Shown in pieces: positions 54,433 through 64,000 of a stretch of DNA of 64,000 nt (within the stretch, counting starts at the first letter, position 1; every line of letters starts with the position of its first letter). The position numbers and the translations under genes are program-made. The notes beneath the pieces are model-generated. The model worked only from the letters and a program-made list of their open reading frames with translations. It was not told where the DNA came from and did no database searches. The stretch covers positions 1 through 64,000 of the forward strand of contig JBFLGF010000038.1 in NCBI GenBank assembly GCA_050230475.1, written 5' to 3'. The DNA is from Ancylonema sp. (taxonomy: Eukaryota).

Positions 54433-55303
54433 CTGGATTGCACAATACGCAATACGCTATCAGTACGTTGGGGTCACAATACGCCGTATTTCGCGTATTG
54501 GAAAATTTCGCGATTTGAAAATACGCGTATTGTCAATAAATCTGCGTGTTTTCACGATTTTAGACCCCACACATATCCGGAAGTAGGATGGTAACATCGG
54601 GTTCCTAATCTAAATCAAATTGGCCGTCAAGTACGGAGACATTTATCCTTCACGAAGTACACGATAGGCGCATGTTTCAATAAAACATGTGCAATAGTTT
54701 TATTCATTTTGTTTGTGAGAGAATGGGGCATTTGTTAATAGACCCACTCTTCTCATCTTCTCTCTTCTTTAAATTTGATTGAATGTGCACACGTTTTGAT
54801 CAATCTTTACTCCTTTTTCGTTTTTACCAGTCCCAAAAATGGATCAACCGGGGCTTCCGGTTTTACTTGAGTATGGCAAAAGTGGAATGCTATAATCTAA
54901 TAACGAATGCAATACGTAAATCCAAGAAACAATGATTCACAATAACAATTCAACGAGTCCTACTTTTACTTCTACCCATAGTTTTGCTGCTCCTACTCCT
55001 AACTTGAACTTGGGCGGTCGGATGAGGTTTACTAGCGAGAATGAAGATTATTTTTGCCGTGCGATGCAGTACCGAACGAAGTTCACTTTTGTTATTTCAC
55101 TTTCAAATTATGTGGACCTTGCTATGTCGTTTGCCTCCGAAAAATCAGCCATACCTGCAATTACATACCGAAAATTAATACAAATTGATACAATTAATTC
55201 AAACTTATTTTTAAGCGTATTTCAATTTATTAATACGCTGGGAACACAATACGCGTATTTAGCGTATGATAACTCATCGTATTGTGCGTATTGTGCAACC
55301 CAG
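54433..55303. mobile_element. Non-autonomous hAT-type element
   Basis: TIR CTGGATTGCACAATACGC / GCGTATTGTGCAACCCAG, TSD CCGAAAAC vs CCGCAAAC (7/8), AATACGC subterminal repeats. Confidence 0.65.
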
Positions 55304-55955
55304 CCGCAAACGTATTAGCACAAAACGCGTATATTAGCACAAAACAAAATTCGTACAAAATGGTTTTGCCGTCAGAGCGTCCTGTCTAAGTCCGGGTATT
55401 CAAGAATGGATCCCAATAATAACCAAATAACTTCAACCGCCACGTCCATGAGCTTGGGATGGCACCTCCTAGCCGTTAAGACCATTGATGTCTTAGTCTA
55501 GCCGTTAAGACTGACTAGGAGTTGGGGCAAGTGTTGCGTTTGGAGTATGCTCTCACAACATGGACAGGTTGTGAAAGAGATTTTGTGTGATATCCACTTT
55601 GCGAAAAAAAAAATGTCATTCAATACTGGAGGATTTTACTTGCCATCGGTGAAATGAGAGTTATCTATGTCCATCATTACTTGCATGGTTTGAACATCTC
55701 CTCAGATGATGCCAAGCTGCCAATTAAAGATGACGAGTCAGTAGGAGGAGTAATTTTGAGTCATAGTTATAATGTTTACATCACTAGAGCGGTTGCTTTG
55801 TTGTGTTTGGCACGACTAATTTTTGAGTGGTAAGGCCGGTTTGGGGCTTGCGCCTATTCTAATCGTGTTCAACCGATTGGCGCACGCATCGCAAACATCG
55901 TAATTGATTGATATTTATGTTTAGCGATTCCGGATTTTTTTGGTGTATTCACACG

Positions 55956-58174
55956 TAGGGTTGGGTTTAAAAGCCTTTAAAACCCCCCCCTGTCCATTTA
56001 TAACCTTAAAAACTTTAAATCTTAAAAACCTTAACTTGTTAATAACCCACCAAAGAGGTGTCTTCGGAGCCGGATCAAACCACTGAACTCATTGGCGACC
56101 TTAAAAACTATCAATTATGAAGAAAAAATAACGTTTGACAAAAAATCATATGTGTTGATTTGATTATATCATCTCTTCATACATCTTTGTTATTCTCATG
56201 CACATACATGTCTACGCAAAGCATTGACTCTGTTGGTAGCCATAACCACTATGTCTTGAGGCAATTCCACGATGTGGATAAATAGTGATAAAAGTCATAA
56301 TAATGTTTGTAGACCACGAAAGGACATCACAAATTCTCTTGCTCTCATTTCTATCTCATCCTACAAATTAAATGACTCTCGATCTTCATAAGACGAGTCT
56401 TTAAAATAAATAAAAAAACTCATGAAATATAAGTTTAACTTACTCTCTAAATGTGTTATACCATCTTGCAAACACATGCACCCTCGTTATCGACAGCGCA
56501 GAAAGACCCCACAAATGCATCTTCCTATAATCGATAGACTTTGGCTCCTTAAACAACAACTCTTGAACTACGAAAGGCATTAGATTAAACAACAAACTAG
56601 GGCTCAAGGACGACAGAACCATGTTTACCCACGTACTCTTGTCCCTATACGTTGTCCACGTTTGTATCATTCAAGACCGATAGCGGCCCAAATATTTTTG
56701 ACAACTTCGTCTTCCTAATCACTTGTGAAACATTCCGGACGCTAGCTTCGACAGCTATGTCTTCTGATCCTTCCAACTCAAGCTCATAAGATATCTCGTT
56801 CACAACAGCATCAAACCCTTCTTGGTCTTCGACGACCGAGGGGGACACATGCGATTCTGGGTCCCGTTCTACAACACCCGGATCTGCACTCTCCTCTTGA
56901 GGGGAATCTGATGACGCCCTGTCTGCCATCGGTATCGCCTCTGCCGTGGCCGAGGATGACCCCGCACCCACTTCCTCCGCCATTTCCGCCACTGACTCCA
57001 CCCGGTGCTTCTTCCGTGGAATGGGTGGGCCGTGTAACATCACCTTCACTTGAACCATCTTTGTGACCCTCTCATGATACAATCTGTTCCGAAATTTTAA
57101 ATGTGCGATCCCAGATTGAGAGAAGCGTTCGTTGCACGGTGCATTCACCCCGAGTTTGAAGAGTCGAAGTGCGAGCTTCGAGAGATCTTCTATCCGTGCG
57201 TCACTGGCAGCAAAACGCCACAACCTATCAGGATTGCGAGTGTCCTCCTTCGCTTGGTCCATGATTCCTGCACATGTCATCGACCTTGCATTTGTCTCGT
57301 CTTTGTTAGTCTCATGGGAGTGGTATGATAAGTTCAAATGTGCAAACTTGACAGAAAGGATGGGCTGGTAGCCTCCACGTCGAGAAGGAAAGCGTCATGA
57401 AGGGTGGTCGATTCTGAGCCAAAGAATCTAGTGAAGAGCTCCTGAAAAAGTAGCATAATTTTCGCCCACAACAATATGAAACAGCCGGGGTTGATCAAGT
57501 TTAGACGTCGAGGAGGGTTGAGCACATAGACTGCAATGAAAATCGGCTGATCATAACCGTTCCACCGCTTCTCCAGTCTCTCGGTCATGTACGCTGCCAC
57601 GGTCTCATCTTCGATCCCCCGGAAAAAAAAATTGCACCACCCCCGACTCTTGTTTCTCCTCCTGCATTCCCCGGGTTTCGAATTAGTACATGTTGCGAAG
57701 GCGACGATATTCAACATGACGACAATAATGCGACGGCGAAGACAACCCAGTTTGGAACTACACATATAAACTCCGCCCAACGTACCCGCCTTCATGCATG
57801 CGGTACATGACGCCCAAAAATGAACTTTTGTTATTGGCCAACTTTGTGAAGTGTTCCCACATAGTCCCCAATGGCCTTCCCCCTCTTCGTGCGGCAAGAG
57901 ATTGACGAACCATCTAAAAAGCATCAACGGACTCGGCACTTGACATTTGATGATTTCAGGACCCACTAAGATCTCATTGCCCGACAAATGTGCAGACAGA
58001 CAGCCTCTAAGGATCGAGGTAGCCGAGAGAAATATACGATCTGTAGTCTAAGTGGTTACGTGGCATTTTAAAGGGTTTTTAAGGGTCCAAAAATCCAAGG
58101 GGTTTAAAACCTTAACTTAAAAACCTTAATTGAGGGTCTTAAATTGCTATAGTTTTTAAGGTTGCCCAACCCTA
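55956..58174 (-). mobile_element. Defective hAT DNA transposon carrying transposase C-terminal remnants
   Basis: TIRs TAGGGTTGGG/CCCAACCCTA and perfect 8-bp TSD TTCACACG on both sides (55948-55955, 58175-58182). ORF remnants 57987-56645 with AVYVLNP and a hAT dimerisation-like LSKLALRLFKLGVNAPCNERFSQSGIAHLKFRNRL. Confidence 0.88.
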
Positions 58175-58940
58175 TTCACACGGATGCATTCCCACCGCGG
58201 ACTCATACCAATCGTTGAGCGTGTTGTCTTCTAGAGTGGAACCTCATTATTGCGTACGCATTAACGACGCCTATGAAGAGCTTGCCTTTTCAGCTTGACA
58301 TTTTTTTTAAAAGTTTTTCAATCATTCGATATAACAAACCTTGTAACTACAGTCATCCTTTAATCTAATGATCCTCGGCTGACCAAAAAAAAAGTTACAC
58401 TTTCTTTGATTCCTACACACAAGGTCCCTCGATATGAGTACAACGACTGTCGTTGAACGACACTCCAAATGATGGCATTCAAGGATACAAAATTATTATT
58501 TATTGTCGTTATACAGTAAATATCACGGTATACTATGTGAAGAACGAGAAATCGATATGTTTAAATCTTAGAAACCTTCACTGTTTTGCAAATCTCGAAA
58601 TTCCTTGCTCTCTACTGATCCCGGTGCGTACTTGCGTAGCATAAATTACAACACACATACGGAAGTTGACAGCACCACTAAGACAAATTATGAAACTTAA
58701 CATTTTCCTATACACAAAGAGATGTTGATATAATACATTATCTGGTAATAGTAGTCCATACATGAATGATATATTGAGTGTGGCCGTTCGTGGGCTCCTA
58801 GAAGTTGAGTCTTGCTTTTCCTAACCATTTTGAGAGTGTGGTTCAAACACAAACTCTTCAGAATCTGAAGATTTTAGGGGCATCACTGTTTTGAAAACTA
58901 CCACAAGATGCAGGAAACATGTCTACCTTTGGTGTTTAGC

Positions 58941-59188
58941 AATTGAAGGGTAGTCATAATCAGGGGTTTACGTTTTTAATCCCCCGATGGGCACATTAGG
59001 GCCTCATTTGCCCATATGAAAAATCTGGAAAGTCGTCGTAATATCAAGGGTCGGTGCACATTTCAGCATATGAAAAATTGAAGGGTAGTCATAATCAGGG
59101 GTTTACGTTTTTAATCCCCCGATGGGCACATTAGGGCCTCATTTGCCCATATGAAAAATCTGGAAAGTCGTCGTAATATCAAGGGTCG
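58941..59188. repeat. 113-bp direct duplication upstream of the B14.7/OEP16-3 gene
   Basis: 58941-59053 and 59076-59188 read as identical (AATTGAAGGGTAGTC...ATATCAAGGGTCG). Confidence 0.85.
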
Positions 59189-59522
59189 TTATATGGAGAG
59201 GGTATCGAGGAGGTTTCGGCCTTCACCTCTGGAGCTGGCTGACGGGAGAAACAAGAAAATCTGTCAGACAAATTCTGTCTCACCTTGCGGCAGTCTGAGT
59301 GATTCTAGCAGTCTGAGCGATCTTGATTGTGCCGATTACATCCCTTTTCCAGATGTGCGCAATATCTCTCAAATCTTGATTTTCTGGATGTGCAGTGAGG
59401 TAATTTACGTGCATCTGAAACACTTTGGGACAGTACGTCTTTGGGCAGGGTTTAAGGATCGTTGACAGAGCGATAAGGCGCGTGCTTTTCCGCCTTAAAT
59501 CCGGTAAACAGTTTTTCTAGAC

Positions 59523-60788
59523 ATGGAAACTCCAGATGTCCGGAATCTTGGCGAATACGACACCGTGGCATTCAAAACTTTGTCAGCAACAGGTTCCAGT
59601 TTAGCGTTGGGAATGATCGCTGGCGCTGTAGCTGCCACATGGAATGACGTGCCAGCAGTTGAGAGAAACCAGGCATTGCCTGCTCTTCGAAAGACTGCCC
59701 GCGTCATGGGTAGTTATGGAACCTACTTTGCTGCTGTCGGGGGCGTTTTCGCAGCTACGGATGCGATTGCGCAGGAGATAAGAGGCAAACGGGATATCTG
59801 GAACGGAATGTTGGGAGGACTTGCTGCTGGGGGTATCGTTGGACTGAGAGGTGAGATGTGGTCCTCGGGGTTCCGCATGCCGATGAAATTCTCGAATAAT
59901 TTCGGCGAGTGGATGCAATCAAATGGGCGTTTTGCTTGTAGTGCACAGGGTTTCATATGCACCAAATGTTCTGGTTAGCCTTGACAATATAGTGTAGGCC
60001 CCTACATGGAAGCACAGTGTGCTGACTACGTACGCACGAAGCCGTACGTAGTTTTCCGCATATACGTCGTCTGTTCACACTCTCAAGTTTAAAGTTGGTT
60101 CGGAATAGTTGTTTCAGGGTTCGGAATGTGAGTTGTTGGGAGGTCATTGTTGGGACAACATCAATATGTTGTCTTTCCACTACCCTTCTGGATATTCTCA
60201 TACTCTCTAGTTTCTTGTATGGTGACATGGAGTGACAGAGAGGGGTTATCCAAGAACAATAGCAGGATCACTCACCCGCGTTGTAAAGCATCACGATTCC
60301 CGGCCGTCTTGTCTGTAGCAAACATTTCGTGATAAGGGGGTGGTGTCGTTAGTTTGTAGGGCGCCCCCTTCTTGTTGAAAGATGTGCCACGGTATCAGAT
60401 TGATGTTCCCAAGACAAAGAAAGACTGATGACGTGGTGAACTGTACATCTGTGGCACTGCACTTCCTTTCCGCTCCTTCCATTCAAGAATTGCGTCAGTT
60501 TCGTGTCCTGTCCGTTGGCTGTCAGGAAACCCGACGTTCCGTTTCTATGTCCTACAGCTGTCAGCTGCCTTCTGTGCGGCAGCTCCTTATTCGCTCCTAA
60601 CACACTCCTCATCCCGTTCTTCGTTATTGATTGGTGCAGCCGGCAGCCTCTCTGCGGGTGTGGGTGCGTCCGTGGCGTTCGCTGCGATTTCAGGACTCGT
60701 AGACGCCAGCGGACAGGTGTCACGGACGCCTATAGGGAGGGAATATCTGCCCAATAAAAGAGAAGGTCCGGCTCCATCTGACGCTTGA
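59523..60788 (+). CDS. OEP16-3: Tim17/22/23-family protein, complex I subunit B14.7 (NDUFA11) / OEP16-3-like (~158 aa; exons 59523-59850, 60640-60788)
   Basis: ATWNDVPAVERNQALPAL, FAAVGGVF, RGKRDIWNGMLGGLAAG and exon 2 LVDASGQVSRTPIGREYLP match the plant B14.7/OEP16-3 pattern. GT-AG intron in phase 1. Confidence 0.88.
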
Positions 60789-61569
60789 GAGGCCAGCACT
60801 ACAGTCGGGAACTGCGTTTGTTTCTGAATGGTCGCTGGACCGCAGCTCTTTCTCCACAACGGTGTTGTTTTTCGTGGTGTGGAGACGCAAGTACAAGTGC
60901 ATCATGTGATAATGTACTTTTTGTGTGACTTTACGGGATGGGTTGTATGTGTTCATGACAACAAATGTGTGACACATGTTCGAGTGTGTGTGTGAAGGAT
61001 AAGGAAGGATCAAGAGGATATTGAGGTTCACGTATAGAGATTACGAATTCCGGGAAATGGAGATGGAGTAGGACTTGCACATCACACAATTGTTGATGCT
61101 CGCTAACCTCCAATAGAGTTGGGGAAAGCCACACATGTCCTCATCGGGTTGTGAAGTTCTCCGACAAGGTTTTGTTTGCCTATCTGCAAATCTGTGGTGC
61201 ATTGTTCAACAAGATGATTTGGATGAGAAAAGTATCGCAAGAAATCAGGTTCTCTTACGGCATTATTCTCTATTTCTTTAATGTTTTTCTAGCGACCAGG
61301 ATTGTACGTTGCAATGCAACAACATGTCATTAACGAGTTATTCCTCTCCCCCCCGAAAAGCAGTGTGTAGCGGCTACAGAATGCCTTTGTGGGGGAGAGG
61401 ACTACACTGATTAAAGGACACCATCATGCTCCTCAAACCGTTTCCGTACACAACAAGAAATCCGAAAACCCATGCATACAATTTCTTGTCAAAATGTGAC
61501 AAATCCCATATTGAATGAAGTTGGTAATACGTCAATCACAATGTCATTGCTCCGCATCGGAACCAACTA

Positions 61570-61819
61570 CCGTACTGGCCACACGATGACCCTCCAATAA
61601 TTATGAAGAGGGTGGGTTTGGTCTAAATAAATTAAATAAATTGAATAATTCAAATTTCAAAAAAAGTGGGTCATTCTATAATGTGGGTCACCAGATAATA
61701 AATATTTTTCAGGATTTTGGGAAATTTTATCTTTGGTGCGCGGGTTGGGTCGAGTGGTGGTTTCTTGGCTAAATTAATTCGTTTTAAAAAACCCGGGTCA
61801 TTATATATGGCCACTACGG
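61570..61819. mobile_element. Tc1/mariner-type MITE
   Basis: TA|CCGTACTGGCCACACGATGACC ... GGTCATTATATATGGCCACTACGG|TA imperfect TIRs. Confidence 0.6.
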
Positions 61820-62468
61820 TACACACATTTTTAAGGTTTCACTCATCGAGATGTTTAAACCCAAAACTGGCTATGGGGGGTTTCAAAGGTTACAAACTTG
61901 AACATCAACATCGGCTCACAACACTTGTGAGCCAAAACTTATTGTACTTCGAAAAAGGGTGTATCCGATATGTTAATGACCCTCCTAAACGGCATGAGGA
62001 TAGCCCCATGACTCCCTCAAGTGGCCTCGTTTTTTTGAGGAAGATGCGTGCACTACGATGGTCAAACGATGCCTTGCAATACAATCGATTATTCTGCGGA
62101 CTACGGATGCAACAAGGAATGGTCGATCTAGTATTATTATGCGGACTACGGATGCAACAAGGACTAGCCGATCTAGTATATCTTGCAAGATTGCACAACC
62201 AGGCACAAACCTACTCAATGTTTCTACCACGCATGTTTGTGAAATACGCTCACATTTTCAGAGATGGATCCAATTAAAGTCCAAGAATGTGGAGGCTCAA
62301 ATTCCACCACTTTTCTACTGCATGATTGCACCCACCAAATTCGACGGGGATGCATGTTCTCCATTGTTCTCCATTGCAAAAAAAATAGCACCGCCTCTTA
62401 TTGACGAAAACCCATTTTCTTTATTGCACGTGAAACCTCCACACTTTCACACTATCTAGATTTTCCAC

Positions 62469-64000
62469 CTAAGTGAAGAAGCCCCCAAGCTCCTTGGCCA
62501 AATCGTCATCATCCTCCAAATCATCATCATAATTTCCGGACCCATCGCTGCCATCTTCTCCTAACCCACCCACTTTCTCGTCATCCTTCCCCTCCACAAC
62601 CACCTCCTCCTTCTCTCCCCTCTCAACCCCCCCTCCCCCTTCCCCTCCCTTCCCCTCCCTCCCCAAACCTTCATTTTCCAATTTCGCATCCCCCAATCGC
62701 GCATTTTCTTCAGACTCCCTCAGGCTTTGTTGCGCCGCCCTACTCGCTATGGGAGGGGCGCTACTTGCGCCCCCAACTTCCCTCTCCCTACCACCCCTTG
62801 AGTTGGCTGCTTCTACTCGTGTAGCTTGTTCCCCGCCCATACTTTCCTTATGGTCCTCACCCCCAACATGTGTCCTCTCCCCCGTTTGCACCCCTGCTGT
62901 TGGAACCTCCAGTGATCCCTCCCCAGTCCCCAACCCCCCCGCCCCAACCCCTCGTCTCTTTGACGCTCGTTCCCCTCCTTCCTCCACCTCCTTTGCCTTC
63001 CGTTTCTCCCTCAATATCTCCTCCAGCGATTTCGGCTTCTTGTCAAACCCAACCGCCCCCACCCCCCCCGCAAACCCCATCGGTCTCCTCACCCCCCCTC
63101 CTATCTCAACCCGCACCTCCTTCCTCCTCACAGGAACCCCAATCGGAACTGCAACCGCAACCGCAACCGGAACCGGGTTTCTTCTCCTGTCGACTCCTTC
63201 CTCCCGCACTCCACCCCCTGCCCCACATGACGTCACAACCCTCGCTCCTGCTCCCGCTGACGTCAGCGGAAGGCTCCTATTGGCCGCAGGCTTCTCCGTT
63301 CCTTTCCTCTTCTCCGCAAGAATTTCCGAGAGGCTTTTGGGCGCAGAAGAAAGGGCAGCTGAGCCCAAAGAGCCCACGGTGCGAACCCGTGGTTGATCAG
63401 CTGCCGCAATCACCCTGCCACCTGGCATTGCCTCAGCCACTCGTTGACCCCCTACCCGTGTTGCGGACCCGAACCGGGGTACCCCGTTTTCCGCCATAGC
63501 AGAATCCTGAGCGCTTCTACCACCCCCCATCCTGCTGTCCACTCGACTCCCATTAAACCCAAGAAACTGTTGCACTAGCCGCCCGCTACCGACCCCTTCC
63601 CCTTGCACCATCCGTCTTGCTCCCCCTACCCCTCCCCTTCCCCCCTCCATCTGATTCCCTGATAAGGGCTTCCTGAACAGACCATCTCTCAGCAAGTCCC
63701 TGGGCCCTTGATTTGACCCACCCATCAGGTACCCACCCGCTCCCCCAACCCCCCTACCCCAACCGGGCAGTTGCTCCTCGACGTCCCCCCCATCCCCTCT
63801 TTGCCTCTTCAGCACATTCCTCAGGTCCGCCCCTCCCCCCATTCTCTGCCCCTCCTCCCCCCCTCCCTGTTTCGGGTTTGTGACAATAACGTCAAACCCT
63901 TCCTCCCCTCCATCCCCTCCCCCCAACGTCGCGTTTCTACTCGCCACCTGTCTAGACTCCGCATGCCCTGATGCTCGGGCTGGCTGTACTGCACCATACA
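62469..64000 (-). CDS. 3' portion (partial, continues beyond window) of a low-complexity protein, probably plant CCCH zinc-finger C3H17/ZC3H11-like
   Basis: Frame is open from the window end to the stop at 62469. Motifs DLRNVLKRQR, two PKSL(S/E)EIL.EKRK repeats and acidic end DDDDLAKELGGFFT resemble the C-terminus of plant C3H17/C3H34-type proteins. No zinc fingers lie in the window. Confidence 0.6.
   Translation of the reverse strand, partial: YGAVQPARASGHAESRQVASRNATLGGGDGGEEGFDVIVTNPKQGGGEEGQRMGGGADLRNVLKRQRGDGGDVEEQLPGWGRGVGGAGGYLMGGSNQGPRDLLRDGLFRKPLSGNQMEGGRGGVGGARRMVQGEGVGSGRLVQQFLGFNGSRVDSRMGGGRSAQDSAMAENGVPRFGSATRVGGQRVAEAMPGGRVIAAADQPRVRTVGSLGSAALSSAPKSLSEILAEKRKGTEKPAANRSLPLTSAGAGARVVTSCGAGGGVREEGVDRRRNPVPVAVAVAVPIGVPVRRKEVRVEIGGGVRRPMGFAGGVGAVGFDKKPKSLEEILREKRKAKEVEEGGERASKRRGVGAGGLGTGEGSLEVPTAGVQTGERTHVGGEDHKESMGGEQATRVEAANSRGGREREVGGASSAPPIASRAAQQSLRESEENARLGDAKLENEGLGREGKGGEGGGGVERGEKEEVVVEGKDDEKVGGLGEDGSDGSGNYDDDLEDDDDLAKELGGFFT

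Noticed and set aside
61717..62459. ORFs of 130-186 aa between the B14.7 gene and the last gene
   Set aside because: Overlap a MITE end and a ~45-bp tandem repeat; no protein motifs.

Overview
Intron-rich eukaryotic genomic DNA from a green-lineage organism, most likely a streptophyte alga (inferred from plant-type genes plus an algal-type HY2 residue signature). Hand-spliced GT-AG gene models give, in order: a WDR44-like WD40 protein (-), a ferredoxin-dependent bilin reductase HY2 (+), a prolyl 4-hydroxylase (-), a single ~925-aa gene fusing an AMT1-type ammonium transporter in frame to a clade-D PP2C phosphatase (+; the most striking feature), an F-box/LRR pseudogene (-), a degenerate full-length Ty1/copia LTR retrotransposon (-), DPM1 (+), a glyoxalase-I-like VOC protein (+), a defective hAT transposon, a Tim17-family complex I B14.7/OEP16-3 protein (+), and the 3' end of a probable plant C3H17/ZC3H11-like gene (-). 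Intergenic DNA carries many non-autonomous hAT-type (8-bp TSD) and Tc1/mariner-type (TA TSD) elements. Introns are rich in microsatellites and G/C homopolymer tracts. All homology calls are from recalled family motifs; no database search was run.
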